Of a DNA stretch of 64,000 nucleotides, positions 36,822 to 47,448 are shown piece by piece. Within the stretch, counting starts at the first letter, position 1. Each line of letters begins with the position of its first letter. This stretch comes from a bacterium (lineage in GTDB: Bacteria; Bacillota_I; Bacilli_A; RF39; UBA660), in NCBI GenBank assembly GCA_029100545.1, contig JAQXPH010000012.1:2732-66731 (forward strand), read 5' to 3'. A model generated the notes under the pieces. The model did not search any database. It was given only the letters and a program-made list of their open reading frames with translations, and was not told the origin of the DNA. Position numbers and translations under genes: made by a program.

Positions 36822-37369
36822 AATTAATTGTGGGTTTAGGAAATCCGGGAAAAAACTATGATAAAACTTACCATAATGTTGGCTTTATCATTTTAGATAA
36901 TTATATAGCTAATGTACAGTGGAATATTAAAGATAATTATGCTTATAATATCTTAACTATTGAAAATGAAAAAGTAATGTTTCTTAAACCATTAACTTAT
37001 ATGAATTTATCTGGTTTAGCGGTATCAAAAGTTGTTAATTTTTATAAAATACAACCCAAAAATATTTTAGTAATACACGATGATATAAATTTATTATTTG
37101 GAAACTATAAGTTTAAATATAATTCTTCTTCCGGAGGACATAATGGAATTAAATCAATAATATCATCTTTAGGTACACAAGAGTTTTGTCAATTAAAAAT
37201 AGGAATTAATAATAATAGTAATGTTTCATTAAAAGATTATGTTTTATCTTCACTATCACCTTCAGAAATAGAAGATTTAAAAAATAAAAAGTATAATGAT
37301 ATGATAAATTACTATATTAAAAATGGAATAGATATGACTATGAATAAATTTAATTCTAATGAGGTATAA
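36818..37369 (+). CDS. pth: Peptidyl-tRNA hydrolase
   Basis: MKLIVGLGNPG...THHNVGF-like YHNVGF, and GGHNGIKS. Confidence 0.95.
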   Translation: MKLIVGLGNPGKNYDKTYHNVGFIILDNYIANVQWNIKDNYAYNILTIENEKVMFLKPLTYMNLSGLAVSKVVNFYKIQPKNILVIHDDINLLFGNYKFKYNSSSGGHNGIKSIISSLGTQEFCQLKIGINNNSNVSLKDYVLSSLSPSEIEDLKNKKYNDMINYYIKNGIDMTMNKFNSNEV

Positions 37370-40300
37370 ATGGATTATTTAGATAATTATTTTTCATATA
37401 AAAATAATGATGTAATATATGGTTTAACTTCAGAGTTAAATGTTTTTTTTGTGTTAAATTTATTTAAAAAACAAAAGAAAAATATAATTGTTTTAACAAG
37501 TAGTTTGTATGAAGCTAATAATTATTATAATCTTTTTCAAACTTATACAACAGATGTGTTGCTTTTTATAACTGATGATTTTTTAATTACTAATGCAATT
37601 TCTTCTCCAGAACTTAAACTTACTAGATTAAATACTTTAGATAAATTAGGTCTATCAAATTATATTATTATATGTAATTTAAGAGCATATTTAATGTTTT
37701 TGCCAAATAAGGAAGAAAAAAATAAAATAAAAATAAGTATAAATGATCAAATTAATAGAGTCGAATTTATTGATAAATTAATGAGTTTTGGTTATAGTAA
37801 AGAATCAATAACAACTACGACAGGAGATTTTTCTGTAAGAGGTATGATTATTGACATTTTTTTAATTAATGAGATTCATCCTATTAGAATTGAATTTGAT
37901 GATAATATTATAGTGGGAATAAGATATTTTGATGAAATTTCACAAACTACTATTAATAAAATTGATACTATAATAATAAAACCTATTTCTGAAATAAAAA
38001 CTATTAAACCTTCTTCTTTGTATGATTATTGTGGGGATTCAATACTAATTAACATAGATAAACCACAAATAGAGGCATCATTTAAAAAACTATCAGAGGA
38101 GGCTATATATTATAATACTCAAAATAATATAACAGAGAAAAATTTTTTTTCTTTAGATGAAATTCAGCCTAGATTTGAGATATCTTTAAATAATTTTAAA
38201 ACAAATATAAAAGATATTGAGATATATTCTGAACAAATGCAAAATTTTAATAATGACTTAGAACTTTTACAAAATAAAGTAAATAATTGGCAAAAAGAAG
38301 GTAAAGAAGTTATTTTTTATTTATCTAACAATAATGAGATAAATAAAATAAAACAAATTATTCCAAATGTTAAAATAATAAAACAAAAAATTAATCATGG
38401 ATTTATTATTAATAATTTAGTTATTATTGGAGAATATGATATTGATAATATAAAAAGAGATTATAAATATCAAAATAATTTATATGGTGGGAAAAAAATA
38501 TTGGATTATAATGAATTACAAAAAGGTGATTATGTCGTTCATATAAATCATGGAATAGGAATATATAATGGAATTGTTAGTCTTACAAGTGGGAATATTA
38601 CTAAAGATTATATTCAAATTATATACTTAGATAATGATAAAATATACGTGCCAGTACAAAAAATTGAAAATATTTATAAGTATTCTGATAAAGATGGTAT
38701 TAAACCAAAACTAAATAAATTAAATTCTTCAAGTTGGTTAAAAACAAGAAAATATGTTGAATCTAAAGTTAAAGATATAACTAAGGAATTGATAGATTTA
38801 TATAAAAAAAGAATTTCTATAAAAGTATTACCTTATAAATATTATGAAGAAGAAGAAATATTTGCTAAAGAATTTGCTTATGAATTAACAAAAGATCAAC
38901 AGCGTGCAATAAATGATATTACAGATGACCTATCAAAAAATGTTCCTATGGATAGATTACTATGTGGTGATGTTGGATTTGGTAAAACAGAAATAGCACT
39001 TAGAACTATGTTTAAAGCTATCTTAAATGATAAACAAGTTATATATTTATGTCCTACAACAATTTTATCTAAACAGCAATATAATGTTGCTTTAAAAAGG
39101 TTTGCTTCTTGGCCAGTCAATATAAAATTATATAATAGATTTACAACACCAAAAGAAGAAAAAAACATAATAGATGGTCTAAAAAAAGGAACAATTGATA
39201 TTGTATTTGGTACTCATAAATTATTAAATAATAATTTAGTTTATAAAAAATTAGGTCTTCTTATAATTGATGAAGAACAAAGATTTGGTGTAAAACATAA
39301 AGAGCTAATAAAAGAAATGAAAAAGGATATAAATGTTTTAACTTTATCTGCAACTCCAATACCTAGGACATTAAAGATGGCTCTTTCTGGTTTAAGAAGT
39401 TTATCAATCATTGAAACAGCTCCTAATAACAGATATCCAGTACAGACATATGTTGTAAGTGAAGATGAATTAATTATTAAAAATGCTATCTATAAAGAAT
39501 TAGGTCGTAATGGGCAAATATTTATTTTATATAATAATATTTCTGATTTAGAAAATAAAACAAATCATTTAAAGTTACTTTTACCTGAAGCAAAGATACG
39601 ATATGCTCATGGCCAAATGAATAAAGATGAACTTGATTATATAATGAATGATTTTATTCAACATAATTTTGATATTTTAATTTGCACTACAATTATAGAA
39701 AATGGTATAGATATTGCTAATGCTAACACTTTAATAGTATATAATGCAGACTATTTTGGATTATCACAACTTTATCAATTAAGAGGAAGAGTTGGACGTA
39801 GTGAAAGAGTTGGTTATGCATCTTTTCTTTATAATAAAAATAAAATGTTAAATGAAATAGCAATAAAAAGACTTCAATCAATTAAAGAATTTACAGCTTT
39901 AGGTAGTGGATATAAAATCGCTATGAGAGATTTATCTCTGCGTGGTTCAGGAGATATATTTGGCTCATCTCAAGCAGGTTTTGTTGATAGTGTTGGAGTA
40001 AGTTTATATACAAAAATGATAGAAGATGAACTTAAAAAAATTAAAGGTGAATATGTATGTGAAGAAGAAGATGACGAAAAAGCATTAATTAATATAGATA
40101 CTCATATTGATGATAGTTACGTTAGTGATGAAGATATTAAAATAGAAATTCACAAATTAATAAATGAAATAGATTCATATGATAAATTAATTGAGATTAA
40201 AGATATTATTCAAGATAGATTTGGAAAAATTAGTAATAAAATAGAAGATTATATGTATGAAGAATGGTTTGAGAAAATTGCTAAAAAATTAGGTATAAAA

Positions 40301-40516
40301 AAAGTTTTACAAACTGATAGAATGGTCCAAATTGATTTACCAAAAGAATTATCTTCTAAAGTTAAGGGAGATAAATTATTATATAACGCACTTAGTATTT
40401 CAAATAACTTTAAATTATCATATCATCATGAAATTATAAGTATAACTTTATTTTATAAAAATTTACCAGAACATTTTGTTCGATATTTAGTTAGATTATT
40501 AAATACATTAGTATAG
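37370..40516 (+). CDS. mfd: Transcription-repair coupling factor
   Basis: CarD/RID domain (GDYVVHINHGIG), SF2 helicase (GDVGFGKTE, DEEQRFG, QLRGRVGRS) and TRCF C-terminal domain. 1048 aa. Confidence 0.95.
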   Translation: MDYLDNYFSYKNNDVIYGLTSELNVFFVLNLFKKQKKNIIVLTSSLYEANNYYNLFQTYTTDVLLFITDDFLITNAISSPELKLTRLNTLDKLGLSNYIIICNLRAYLMFLPNKEEKNKIKISINDQINRVEFIDKLMSFGYSKESITTTTGDFSVRGMIIDIFLINEIHPIRIEFDDNIIVGIRYFDEISQTTINKIDTIIIKPISEIKTIKPSSLYDYCGDSILINIDKPQIEASFKKLSEEAIYYNTQNNITEKNFFSLDEIQPRFEISLNNFKTNIKDIEIYSEQMQNFNNDLELLQNKVNNWQKEGKEVIFYLSNNNEINKIKQIIPNVKIIKQKINHGFIINNLVIIGEYDIDNIKRDYKYQNNLYGGKKILDYNELQKGDYVVHINHGIGIYNGIVSLTSGNITKDYIQIIYLDNDKIYVPVQKIENIYKYSDKDGIKPKLNKLNSSSWLKTRKYVESKVKDITKELIDLYKKRISIKVLPYKYYEEEEIFAKEFAYELTKDQQRAINDITDDLSKNVPMDRLLCGDVGFGKTEIALRTMFKAILNDKQVIYLCPTTILSKQQYNVALKRFASWPVNIKLYNRFTTPKEEKNIIDGLKKGTIDIVFGTHKLLNNNLVYKKLGLLIIDEEQRFGVKHKELIKEMKKDINVLTLSATPIPRTLKMALSGLRSLSIIETAPNNRYPVQTYVVSEDELIIKNAIYKELGRNGQIFILYNNISDLENKTNHLKLLLPEAKIRYAHGQMNKDELDYIMNDFIQHNFDILICTTIIENGIDIANANTLIVYNADYFGLSQLYQLRGRVGRSERVGYASFLYNKNKMLNEIAIKRLQSIKEFTALGSGYKIAMRDLSLRGSGDIFGSSQAGFVDSVGVSLYTKMIEDELKKIKGEYVCEEEDDEKALINIDTHIDDSYVSDEDIKIEIHKLINEIDSYDKLIEIKDIIQDRFGKISNKIEDYMYEEWFEKIAKKLGIKKVLQTDRMVQIDLPKELSSKVKGDKLLYNALSISNNFKLSYHHEIISITLFYKNLPEHFVRYLVRLLNTLV

Positions 40517-40555
40517 AAAATTTAAAATATAACACACTATTAAAGAGGTGTGTTT

Positions 40556-41044
40556 TTGAAAAGTACAGGTATTATAAGAAGAATAGATGATTTAGGTAGA
40601 ATTGTAATTCCAAAAGAAATAAGAAATCTTTTAAATATTCAAAATGATGATAATATTGAAATTTATATTGAAAATAAAAATATTATCTTATCTAAATATG
40701 ATAAGGCTATGGATTTAAAAAGTTATGCTGATAAATTAGTTGATATAATTACAGATAATTCTGATATTAGATTATTTATAACTAATAAAGAAATATTTAT
40801 TACTAAAGGTATATTAGAAAATAATAAAATAGATAATTCATTGCAAAATCTTATAATTGAACGAAAAAAATATGAAAGTAGTACTGAAGATATAATAAAT
40901 AATTTAAAAGGTTATTTTATTATTTATCCAATAATTATTGATAGTGATTTATTAGGCCTATTTATTTTTTTTAAAGAAAAAGAGTTTAATAATCAAGACA
41001 AAAATTTTGCAAATATTATCTTAAAAATTCTTGAAAATAGATAA
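40556..41044 (+). CDS. spoVT: Stage V sporulation protein T (AbrB-type swapped hairpin + GAF-like domain)
   Basis: A TTG start at 40556 behind AGAGGTG gives MKSTGIIRRIDDLGRIVIPKEIR, near-identical to SpoVT/AbrB N-termini. Follows mfd as in B. subtilis. Confidence 0.75.
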   Translation: MKSTGIIRRIDDLGRIVIPKEIRNLLNIQNDDNIEIYIENKNIILSKYDKAMDLKSYADKLVDIITDNSDIRLFITNKEIFITKGILENNKIDNSLQNLIIERKKYESSTEDIINNLKGYFIIYPIIIDSDLLGLFIFFKEKEFNNQDKNFANIILKILENR

Positions 41045-41059
41045 TTATTATGCTAATAT
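41031..41059 (+). promoter_or_regulatory. Candidate SigA promoter for the T-box leader
   Basis: TTGAAA (41031-41036), 17-nt spacer, TAATAT (41054-41059) with an upstream TGC. Confidence 0.4.
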
Positions 41060-41065
41060 TTACTT

Positions 41066-41262
41066 GTAAATACGTTGATGGAAAAGATTTATAGTAATAA
41101 TTATTTTTAGAAAGCATTTGATTGATGAAAAAATGTAATAATAGACTATAATGTGGGTTCCGAAGTTTTTACGGGTAATACCCTTATATATAAAGAGCAT
41201 GTTAAACATGAATTAAGGTGGTACCGCGGGTATATCTCGTCCTTTAGTTCATGTTTTTTTAT
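41066..41262 (+). promoter_or_regulatory. T-box riboswitch leader (probable Met specificity) with terminator
   Basis: Canonical T-box sequence AATTAAGGTGGTACCGCGG...CTCGTCC at 41211-41242. Terminator AACATGAA...TTCATGTTTTTTT. Stem I elements (GATGG K-turn-like, AGTA, AGAAAG) and AUG triplets in candidate specifier positions. Confidence 0.8.
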
Positions 41263-41277
41263 GAAAGGAAGAAATAT

Positions 41278-41760
41278 ATGGAAAGAAAATTTGAAAAAAT
41301 AAGTTTTAAAGAATTTGCAAAGGATATAAAAGATGATAAAGATCTTTATGATGATGTAATTTTACCTATTAGAAAAACAAGTCAAAGTGCGGGATATGAT
41401 TTTGTTGCATATGATAAAGTAATTATACATCCTGGAGAAATTGTTAAAATACCATCATCTTATAAAGTTAAATTAAATGCTAACGAAGTACTATTTATTG
41501 TGGTAAGAAGTAGTATGGGCTTTAAATATAATATTAGATTATGTAATCAAGTTGGAATAATTGATGCTGATTATTATAATAATGATACAAATGAAGGACA
41601 TATTTATATAGCACTTCAAAATGAAGGGAATAAAGATTTTGTTATTGAAAAAGGAGATGCTTATGCTCAGGGGATAATATTAAATTATTTAACCTGTGGA
41701 GATGAAAATAATAATAAACGTAGTGGGGGAATTGGAAGTACTAATACGGAGGAAATATGA
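41278..41760 (+). CDS. dut: dUTP diphosphatase (trimeric Dut)
   Basis: SAGYDF, RSSMG, GIIDADY, and C-terminal RSGGIGST. Start moved to ATG 41278 behind AAAGGAAG; the ORF-track start lies inside the T-box terminator. Confidence 0.85.
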   Translation: MERKFEKISFKEFAKDIKDDKDLYDDVILPIRKTSQSAGYDFVAYDKVIIHPGEIVKIPSSYKVKLNANEVLFIVVRSSMGFKYNIRLCNQVGIIDADYYNNDTNEGHIYIALQNEGNKDFVIEKGDAYAQGIILNYLTCGDENNNKRSGGIGSTNTEEI

Positions 41761-43289
41761 AAGAGAAAAAATTTTATTTAACAACACCAATTTATTATCC
41801 ATCTGATAATTTTCATATTGGACATTGCTATACAACAATAATTGCTGATGCAATAGCAAGATTTAAAAGACTTGATGGATATGATACATTTTTTTTAACT
41901 GGAACTGATGAGCATGGTCAAAAAATAGAAAAGAAGGCATTAGAAAATGGTATTACACCTAAAGAATATGTTGATAAAATTGTAGACAATGCTAAAGACT
42001 TATGGAAACATCTTAATATTAGTTATGACAAATTTATTAGAACAACAGATAAATATCATGAAGAAGTTGTTCAAAAAATATTTAAAAAATTGTATGATCA
42101 AGGAGATATTTATAAAGGTGAATATAAAGGTTTATATTGTACTCCATGTGAATCATTTTGGACACAAACTCAACTTGATGAAAATGGTTGTTGTCCAGAC
42201 TGTCATAGAGAAGTTCACGAGGTTAAAGAGGAAGCATACTTTTTTAAATTATCAAAATACCAAAAACCTTTAGAAAAATTTTTGGAAGATAATCCAGATT
42301 TTATTGAACCTATTTCCAGAAAAAATGAAATGATTAATAATTTTATAAAACCTGGGTTAGAGGATTTATGTGTCTCAAGAACATCATTTAAATGGGGAGT
42401 ACCAGTTTCTTTCGATGAAAAGCATGTAGTATATGTATGGATTGATGCTCTTTCAAATTATATTTCAGCTTTAGGTTATTTAACAGATGATGACTCTTTA
42501 TTTAAAAAATATTGGCCTGCTGATTTACATATTGTTGGAAAAGAAATAATTCGTTTTCATACAATTATTTGGCCTATTATATTAATGGCTTTAGGTTTAC
42601 CTTTACCAAAGAAGATTTTTGGCCATGGATGGTTAATTGTAGATGGTGGAAAAATATCTAAAAGTTTAGGAAATTATAAAGATCCAAGAGAATATATAAA
42701 TGCCTATGGAGTTGATGCAGTAAGGTATTATGCTTTAAGAGAAGTACCTTTTGGAAGTGATGGTAATTTTTCTGAAGAAGCATTAATAATAAGAACAAAT
42801 TCTGATCTTGCTAATATTTTAGGCAATCTTGTTAATCGAACTATTGGAATGATAAATAAGTATTTTGAAGGAAATGTATGCAATAAAAAAATTAATGAAG
42901 AACTTGATGAAAATTTAATAAATTATGCTTTAAATTTAAAAGAAATAGTAACAAATTATATGGATAAACTTGATATTTCAAATGCTATTGATTGTATATT
43001 TGAACTATTTAGAAAATGTAATAAATATATTGATGATACTACACCTTGGATACTTGCTAAAAGTGAAGAAAATAATGATAGGCTTCAAACAGTTCTTTAT
43101 AACATTATTGAAAGTATAAGAATTGGAACAGTTTTATTACAAGCCTTTTTACCTACAACTGCGGAGAAAATATTTAGTCAATTAAATACTAAACAAACTA
43201 CATTTGATACAATTACTTCATTTGGTAATTATGAATCTCCAAACAAAGTAGGAAAACCAGAAGTATTATTTGCAAGGATTGAAAAATAA
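41757..43289 (+). CDS. metG: Methionine--tRNA ligase (no C-terminal Trbp111 domain)
   Basis: HIGH region (NFHIGHCY), KMSKS (KISKS), Zn knuckles CTPCE and CPDCH. 4-nt overlap with dut. Confidence 0.95.
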   Translation: MKEKKFYLTTPIYYPSDNFHIGHCYTTIIADAIARFKRLDGYDTFFLTGTDEHGQKIEKKALENGITPKEYVDKIVDNAKDLWKHLNISYDKFIRTTDKYHEEVVQKIFKKLYDQGDIYKGEYKGLYCTPCESFWTQTQLDENGCCPDCHREVHEVKEEAYFFKLSKYQKPLEKFLEDNPDFIEPISRKNEMINNFIKPGLEDLCVSRTSFKWGVPVSFDEKHVVYVWIDALSNYISALGYLTDDDSLFKKYWPADLHIVGKEIIRFHTIIWPIILMALGLPLPKKIFGHGWLIVDGGKISKSLGNYKDPREYINAYGVDAVRYYALREVPFGSDGNFSEEALIIRTNSDLANILGNLVNRTIGMINKYFEGNVCNKKINEELDENLINYALNLKEIVTNYMDKLDISNAIDCIFELFRKCNKYIDDTTPWILAKSEENNDRLQTVLYNIIESIRIGTVLLQAFLPTTAEKIFSQLNTKQTTFDTITSFGNYESPNKVGKPEVLFARIEK

Positions 43290-43291
43290 TT

Positions 43292-44044
43292 ATGTTTGTT
43301 GATTCACATTGTCATTTATACTCGGAATATTATGATAATATAAATGAAATAATTAATTTATCTAAGAAAGATAACATTTGTTATTTTATTAATGCAGGCT
43401 GTGATAAAACATCAAATTTAGAAGTAATAACACTCATGAATAATAAAGACATATTTGGAGTAATAGGATATCATCCTGAATATGCAGATGTAATTACAAA
43501 AAAAGATTTAATCCTTTTGGAAGAACAAATAAAATTAAATGAAGTTATTGGAATAGGTGAAATTGGATTAGATTTTCATTATGATGTTTATGATAAAGAA
43601 AAACAAAAATATTTATTTAATTACCAACTTAATCTTGCTGAAAAGTATAATTTACCAGTTGTAATTCATTCCCGTGATGCAACTCAAGATACAATTGAAA
43701 TATTAAAAAAACATAAAATAAAGGGAATAATTCATTCTTTTTCTGGATCTTTAGATACTGCACAAATATATATAAAAATGGGTTTTAAATTAGGAATTAA
43801 TGGTACTATAACATTTAAAAATTGTAAATTGATTAATACTATAAAGGATATTGGAATAAATAATATTGTTTTTGAAACTGATTGTCCGTATTTAACTCCA
43901 GTTCCTTTAAGAGGTAAAAAAAATTATCCTGGCAATATTAAATATATTGTGGAATTTATTTCACAAAATTTAAACATACCTATTGAAAAGTTATCTAATA
44001 TTACTAATGATAATTTAAAAAAAATATTTAATATTAATATATGA
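43292..44044 (+). CDS. tatD: TatD-family metal-dependent DNase/hydrolase (YabD)
   Basis: DSHCHL, GEIGLD, VIHSR, ETDCPYL. Follows metG as in B. subtilis. Confidence 0.9.
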   Translation: MFVDSHCHLYSEYYDNINEIINLSKKDNICYFINAGCDKTSNLEVITLMNNKDIFGVIGYHPEYADVITKKDLILLEEQIKLNEVIGIGEIGLDFHYDVYDKEKQKYLFNYQLNLAEKYNLPVVIHSRDATQDTIEILKKHKIKGIIHSFSGSLDTAQIYIKMGFKLGINGTITFKNCKLINTIKDIGINNIVFETDCPYLTPVPLRGKKNYPGNIKYIVEFISQNLNIPIEKLSNITNDNLKKIFNINI

Positions 44045-44114
44045 TTAGTTTCATATATTTTTTTTAAATATTTACATGATTTTTTATAAATGCTATAATT
44101 TATATGATGATATT

Positions 44115-44639
44115 ATGAAAAAGGTATTTAAAATAATAAAAATATTTATTTTAATTTTTGTAATTTGTATTTCTTTTACAAGTAGTTTTATTTATGAATC
44201 AAAAATATATAATAATAATCCTAATAAAAAAGTAGATGAAGTTGCAATGGCATTGAAAATAAATGAATTTGACTATGAATCTTTATATGGAGCAAAAGAT
44301 ACGTTAGTTGGGGATCTTACAGGTTATGCATATAATTGTCCATTATGTAGTGGTAAACTTGCTTGTTTAGGTAATTATAATATAACTAATGGTACTACAA
44401 CGTTTAATGACGAAACATATGGAAATGTGATGATAGTTGCATCAAGTACAAATTTAGCATGTGGAACTATAGTTAGGTTTTCTGTTGATAAATTATCAAG
44501 TGAGCCAATACTTGCAATAGTTCTTGATCGTGGGGTAAGAGGTAATAATTTAGATCTTCTTTCTATTAGTGAAGAATATGCAATAAATAATATTGGTAGA
44601 GTAGAAATAACATATGACGTATTAAGAAAAGGATGGTAA
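44115..44639 (+). CDS. 3D-domain (RlpA/MltA-like double-psi barrel) cell-wall protein, YabE-like
   Basis: Signal/TM segment plus the C-terminal GYAYNCPLCSG...GTIVRF...VLDRG pattern of 3D domains. Start moved to ATG 44115. Confidence 0.6.
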   Translation: MKKVFKIIKIFILIFVICISFTSSFIYESKIYNNNPNKKVDEVAMALKINEFDYESLYGAKDTLVGDLTGYAYNCPLCSGKLACLGNYNITNGTTTFNDETYGNVMIVASSTNLACGTIVRFSVDKLSSEPILAIVLDRGVRGNNLDLLSISEEYAINNIGRVEITYDVLRKGW

Positions 44640-44640
44640 T

Positions 44641-45405
44641 ATGCTTGCAAAAAAAAAATACGGTCAAAACTTTTTAATTAATGAAAAAATTATTCAAGAC
44701 ATAGTTCAATTAATTGATAATGTTCAAAAAAATGATTTAATTATTGAAATTGGCCCAGGAAAAGGAGCTTTAACAAAATATTTAATAAATAAACCATGTA
44801 ATATTAAGTGTATCGAAATAGATAAAGATATGCATAAATATTTGGATAAATACCAAAGTGAAAATTGTAATATTATTTATAACGATATATTACAAGTTGA
44901 TTTAAAAAATTTGATATGTAATTATGATAATATATATGTTATTGGAAATTTACCTTATTACATTACAACGCCAATTATTGACTATTTAATTAAAAATATA
45001 AAAGCTAAAAAAATGGTTTTTATGGTTCAAAAAGAAGTAGCAGATCGTTTAACAGCTAAACCGAATACAAAAAATTATGGTTATTATACTCTGTATTTAA
45101 ATTATTATTATAATGTTTATAATGAAATATTTGTATGTAGAAATAATTTTAATCCAATACCTAAAGTAGATAGTGAAGTAATAAGTTTAAATGTTCGTGA
45201 AAATATACCTATTGTTGATAAAGAAAAATATTTTAAATTATTAAAAGATGCTTTTTCACATAAAAGGAAGACATTGAAAAATAATTTGATTAATTATGAT
45301 TTTAATAAGATTCAAAATATATTAAATAAATATAAATTAGATGAAAATGTCCGTGCTGAACAAATTAGTGAAGAAGTTTTTATTGAAATTAGTAAAATAA
45401 TTTAA
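44641..45405 (+). CDS. rsmA: 16S rRNA (adenine1518/1519-N6)-dimethyltransferase
   Basis: KKYGQNFL, EIGPGKGALT, GNLPYYITTPI. Confidence 0.95.
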   Translation: MLAKKKYGQNFLINEKIIQDIVQLIDNVQKNDLIIEIGPGKGALTKYLINKPCNIKCIEIDKDMHKYLDKYQSENCNIIYNDILQVDLKNLICNYDNIYVIGNLPYYITTPIIDYLIKNIKAKKMVFMVQKEVADRLTAKPNTKNYGYYTLYLNYYYNVYNEIFVCRNNFNPIPKVDSEVISLNVRENIPIVDKEKYFKLLKDAFSHKRKTLKNNLINYDFNKIQNILNKYKLDENVRAEQISEEVFIEISKII

Positions 45406-45451
45406 CTTATGATATAATACTTTTACTTTTTTATGAAAGGGGATAAGTAGA

Positions 45452-46177
45452 ATGAATAAAGTTGTATTAATTACAGGCGCTTCTCGTGGTATTGGGGCTG
45501 CATGTGCTACAATTTTTGCTAAAAATGGTTTTAATATTATTATAAATTATTTAAATAGTGAAAAACAGGCTATTTCATTAAAAAAAAGTATAATAAAAAA
45601 ATACAATGTGAAGTGTGATATATTTAAATGTGATATTTCAAGAGAAGAAGATGTTATTAAAATGTATGATTTTGCAAAAAGTAAATATAATCATATTGAT
45701 GTTTTAATTAATAATGCAGCAATTAGTAATGATATGGTTATTGAATATAAAAAAACTAGTGATTTCAAAAAAGTTATAGATATTAATTTAATAGGCACAT
45801 ACATTGTAACAAAAATATTTGCCAAAATGATGAATAATGGTTCAATTATTAATTTAAGTTCCACAAATGGAATTGATACTTATTATCCAGAAAGTATTGA
45901 TTATGATGCTTCAAAAGCTGGTATTATATCACTAACTCATAATTTTGCTAAATATTTTGCACCAAATATTAGAGTCAATGCTATATGTCCAGGTTGGGTA
46001 GAAACAGATCAAAATGCAATGCTTGATGATCTTCAACGGAAAGAAATAAATAATAACATATTACTTAAAAGATTTGGATTACCAACTGAAATAGCAAAAG
46101 TAATATATTTTATAGCTGTAGAAGCAAGTTATGTTAATAATTCAATTATTAGAGTAGATGGTGGAGAGTTATGTTAA
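45452..46177 (+). CDS. Short-chain dehydrogenase/reductase (FabG-like)
   Basis: TGASRGIG Rossmann motif, NNAA, catalytic Y-x3-K (YDASKAG). Confidence 0.8.
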   Translation: MNKVVLITGASRGIGAACATIFAKNGFNIIINYLNSEKQAISLKKSIIKKYNVKCDIFKCDISREEDVIKMYDFAKSKYNHIDVLINNAAISNDMVIEYKKTSDFKKVIDINLIGTYIVTKIFAKMMNNGSIINLSSTNGIDTYYPESIDYDASKAGIISLTHNFAKYFAPNIRVNAICPGWVETDQNAMLDDLQRKEINNNILLKRFGLPTEIAKVIYFIAVEASYVNNSIIRVDGGELC

Positions 46178-47415
46178 AAATAAATAAAGATGTTTATAAA
46201 CTATGCGATGAAGCAGAAAATAATTTAAAATCAATATATTCTAAAATAGATAATATTTCTTTTTTTAATAGTAAAAAAGTATTAAATGCATTTATAGAAA
46301 ATAATATTTCCGAAAGTGATTTTGTTTCTTCAACAGGTTATGGATATAATGATTTTGGTAGAGATAAAATAGAAAAAGTTTATGCAACTATTTTTAAAAG
46401 TGAAGATGCTTTAGTTAGAAATCAATTTATATCTGGTTCGCATGCATTAACTATTACTTTATTTGCACTTTTAAGACCCAATGATACACTTTTAAGTATT
46501 ACTGGTAAACCTTATGATACCCTTGATGAAGTTATTGGTATTAAGGAAAACGATAGTTCTTTAAAGTCTTTTAATATAAATTATGAACAAATTGAACTTA
46601 AAAATAATGATTTTGATTATGAAAAAATTAAAGAAGTTATATCTTCTAAATATTATAAGGTAATTGAAATACAAAGATCTAAAGGTTATTCAACTAGAAA
46701 AAGTCTATCAATTGAAAAACTTGAAAAAGTTATAAAAGAAATAAGAAAATATAGTCCAAATTCGATAGTTATGGTTGATAATTGTTATTGTGAATTTGTT
46801 AGTGAAAAAGAACCAATAGAAATTGGTGCTGATATAGCTGTTGGTTCATTAATTAAAAATCTTGGTGGAGGTATAGCTTCAAACGGAGCATACATAGTTG
46901 GGAAAGCAAAATTAATAAAATTATGTGCTGAAAGATTAAATCTTCCCGGAGAAGGAAAAGATGTTGGACCTTCTTTAGGTGCCAATAAATTTATTTTGCA
47001 AGGATTATATTTTGCTCCTAATGTTGTAAGTAATGCTGTAAAAGTTGCTATTTTAACAAGTTATTTACTAGAAAAAATTGGTTATGATGTTGAACCAAAA
47101 TTTAATGAAGAAAGAGTTGATATAGTTCAAAGTATTATTTTTAATAACGAAAAAGATTTAATTAATTATGCTAGGATAATTCAAAATTCAAGTGCAATTG
47201 ATTCAAATGCATTTATTGAAAAAACTGATATGCCAGGATATAGTGACAAAATTATTATGGCAAGCGGAAATTTTACACAGGGTTCTTCTATTGAATTATC
47301 ATGTGATGGTCCAATAAGAAATCCATATATTTTATATCAACAGGGTTCATTAACATATGATTATGGTAAAATTGCTGTTTTAAATGCAATTAGTTTTTTA
47401 TTAAATAATAAATAA
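46171..47415 (+). CDS. PLP-dependent Met-gamma-lyase-family protein (YnbB / aluminium-resistance family)
   Basis: 414 aa, GSLIKNLGGGIASNGAYIVG motif characteristic of the YnbB family. Confidence 0.7.
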   Translation: MLKINKDVYKLCDEAENNLKSIYSKIDNISFFNSKKVLNAFIENNISESDFVSSTGYGYNDFGRDKIEKVYATIFKSEDALVRNQFISGSHALTITLFALLRPNDTLLSITGKPYDTLDEVIGIKENDSSLKSFNINYEQIELKNNDFDYEKIKEVISSKYYKVIEIQRSKGYSTRKSLSIEKLEKVIKEIRKYSPNSIVMVDNCYCEFVSEKEPIEIGADIAVGSLIKNLGGGIASNGAYIVGKAKLIKLCAERLNLPGEGKDVGPSLGANKFILQGLYFAPNVVSNAVKVAILTSYLLEKIGYDVEPKFNEERVDIVQSIIFNNEKDLINYARIIQNSSAIDSNAFIEKTDMPGYSDKIIMASGNFTQGSSIELSCDGPIRNPYILYQQGSLTYDYGKIAVLNAISFLLNNK

Positions 47416-47448
47416 GTTCATTTTTTCAACCTTTTTTCATATATTTTA

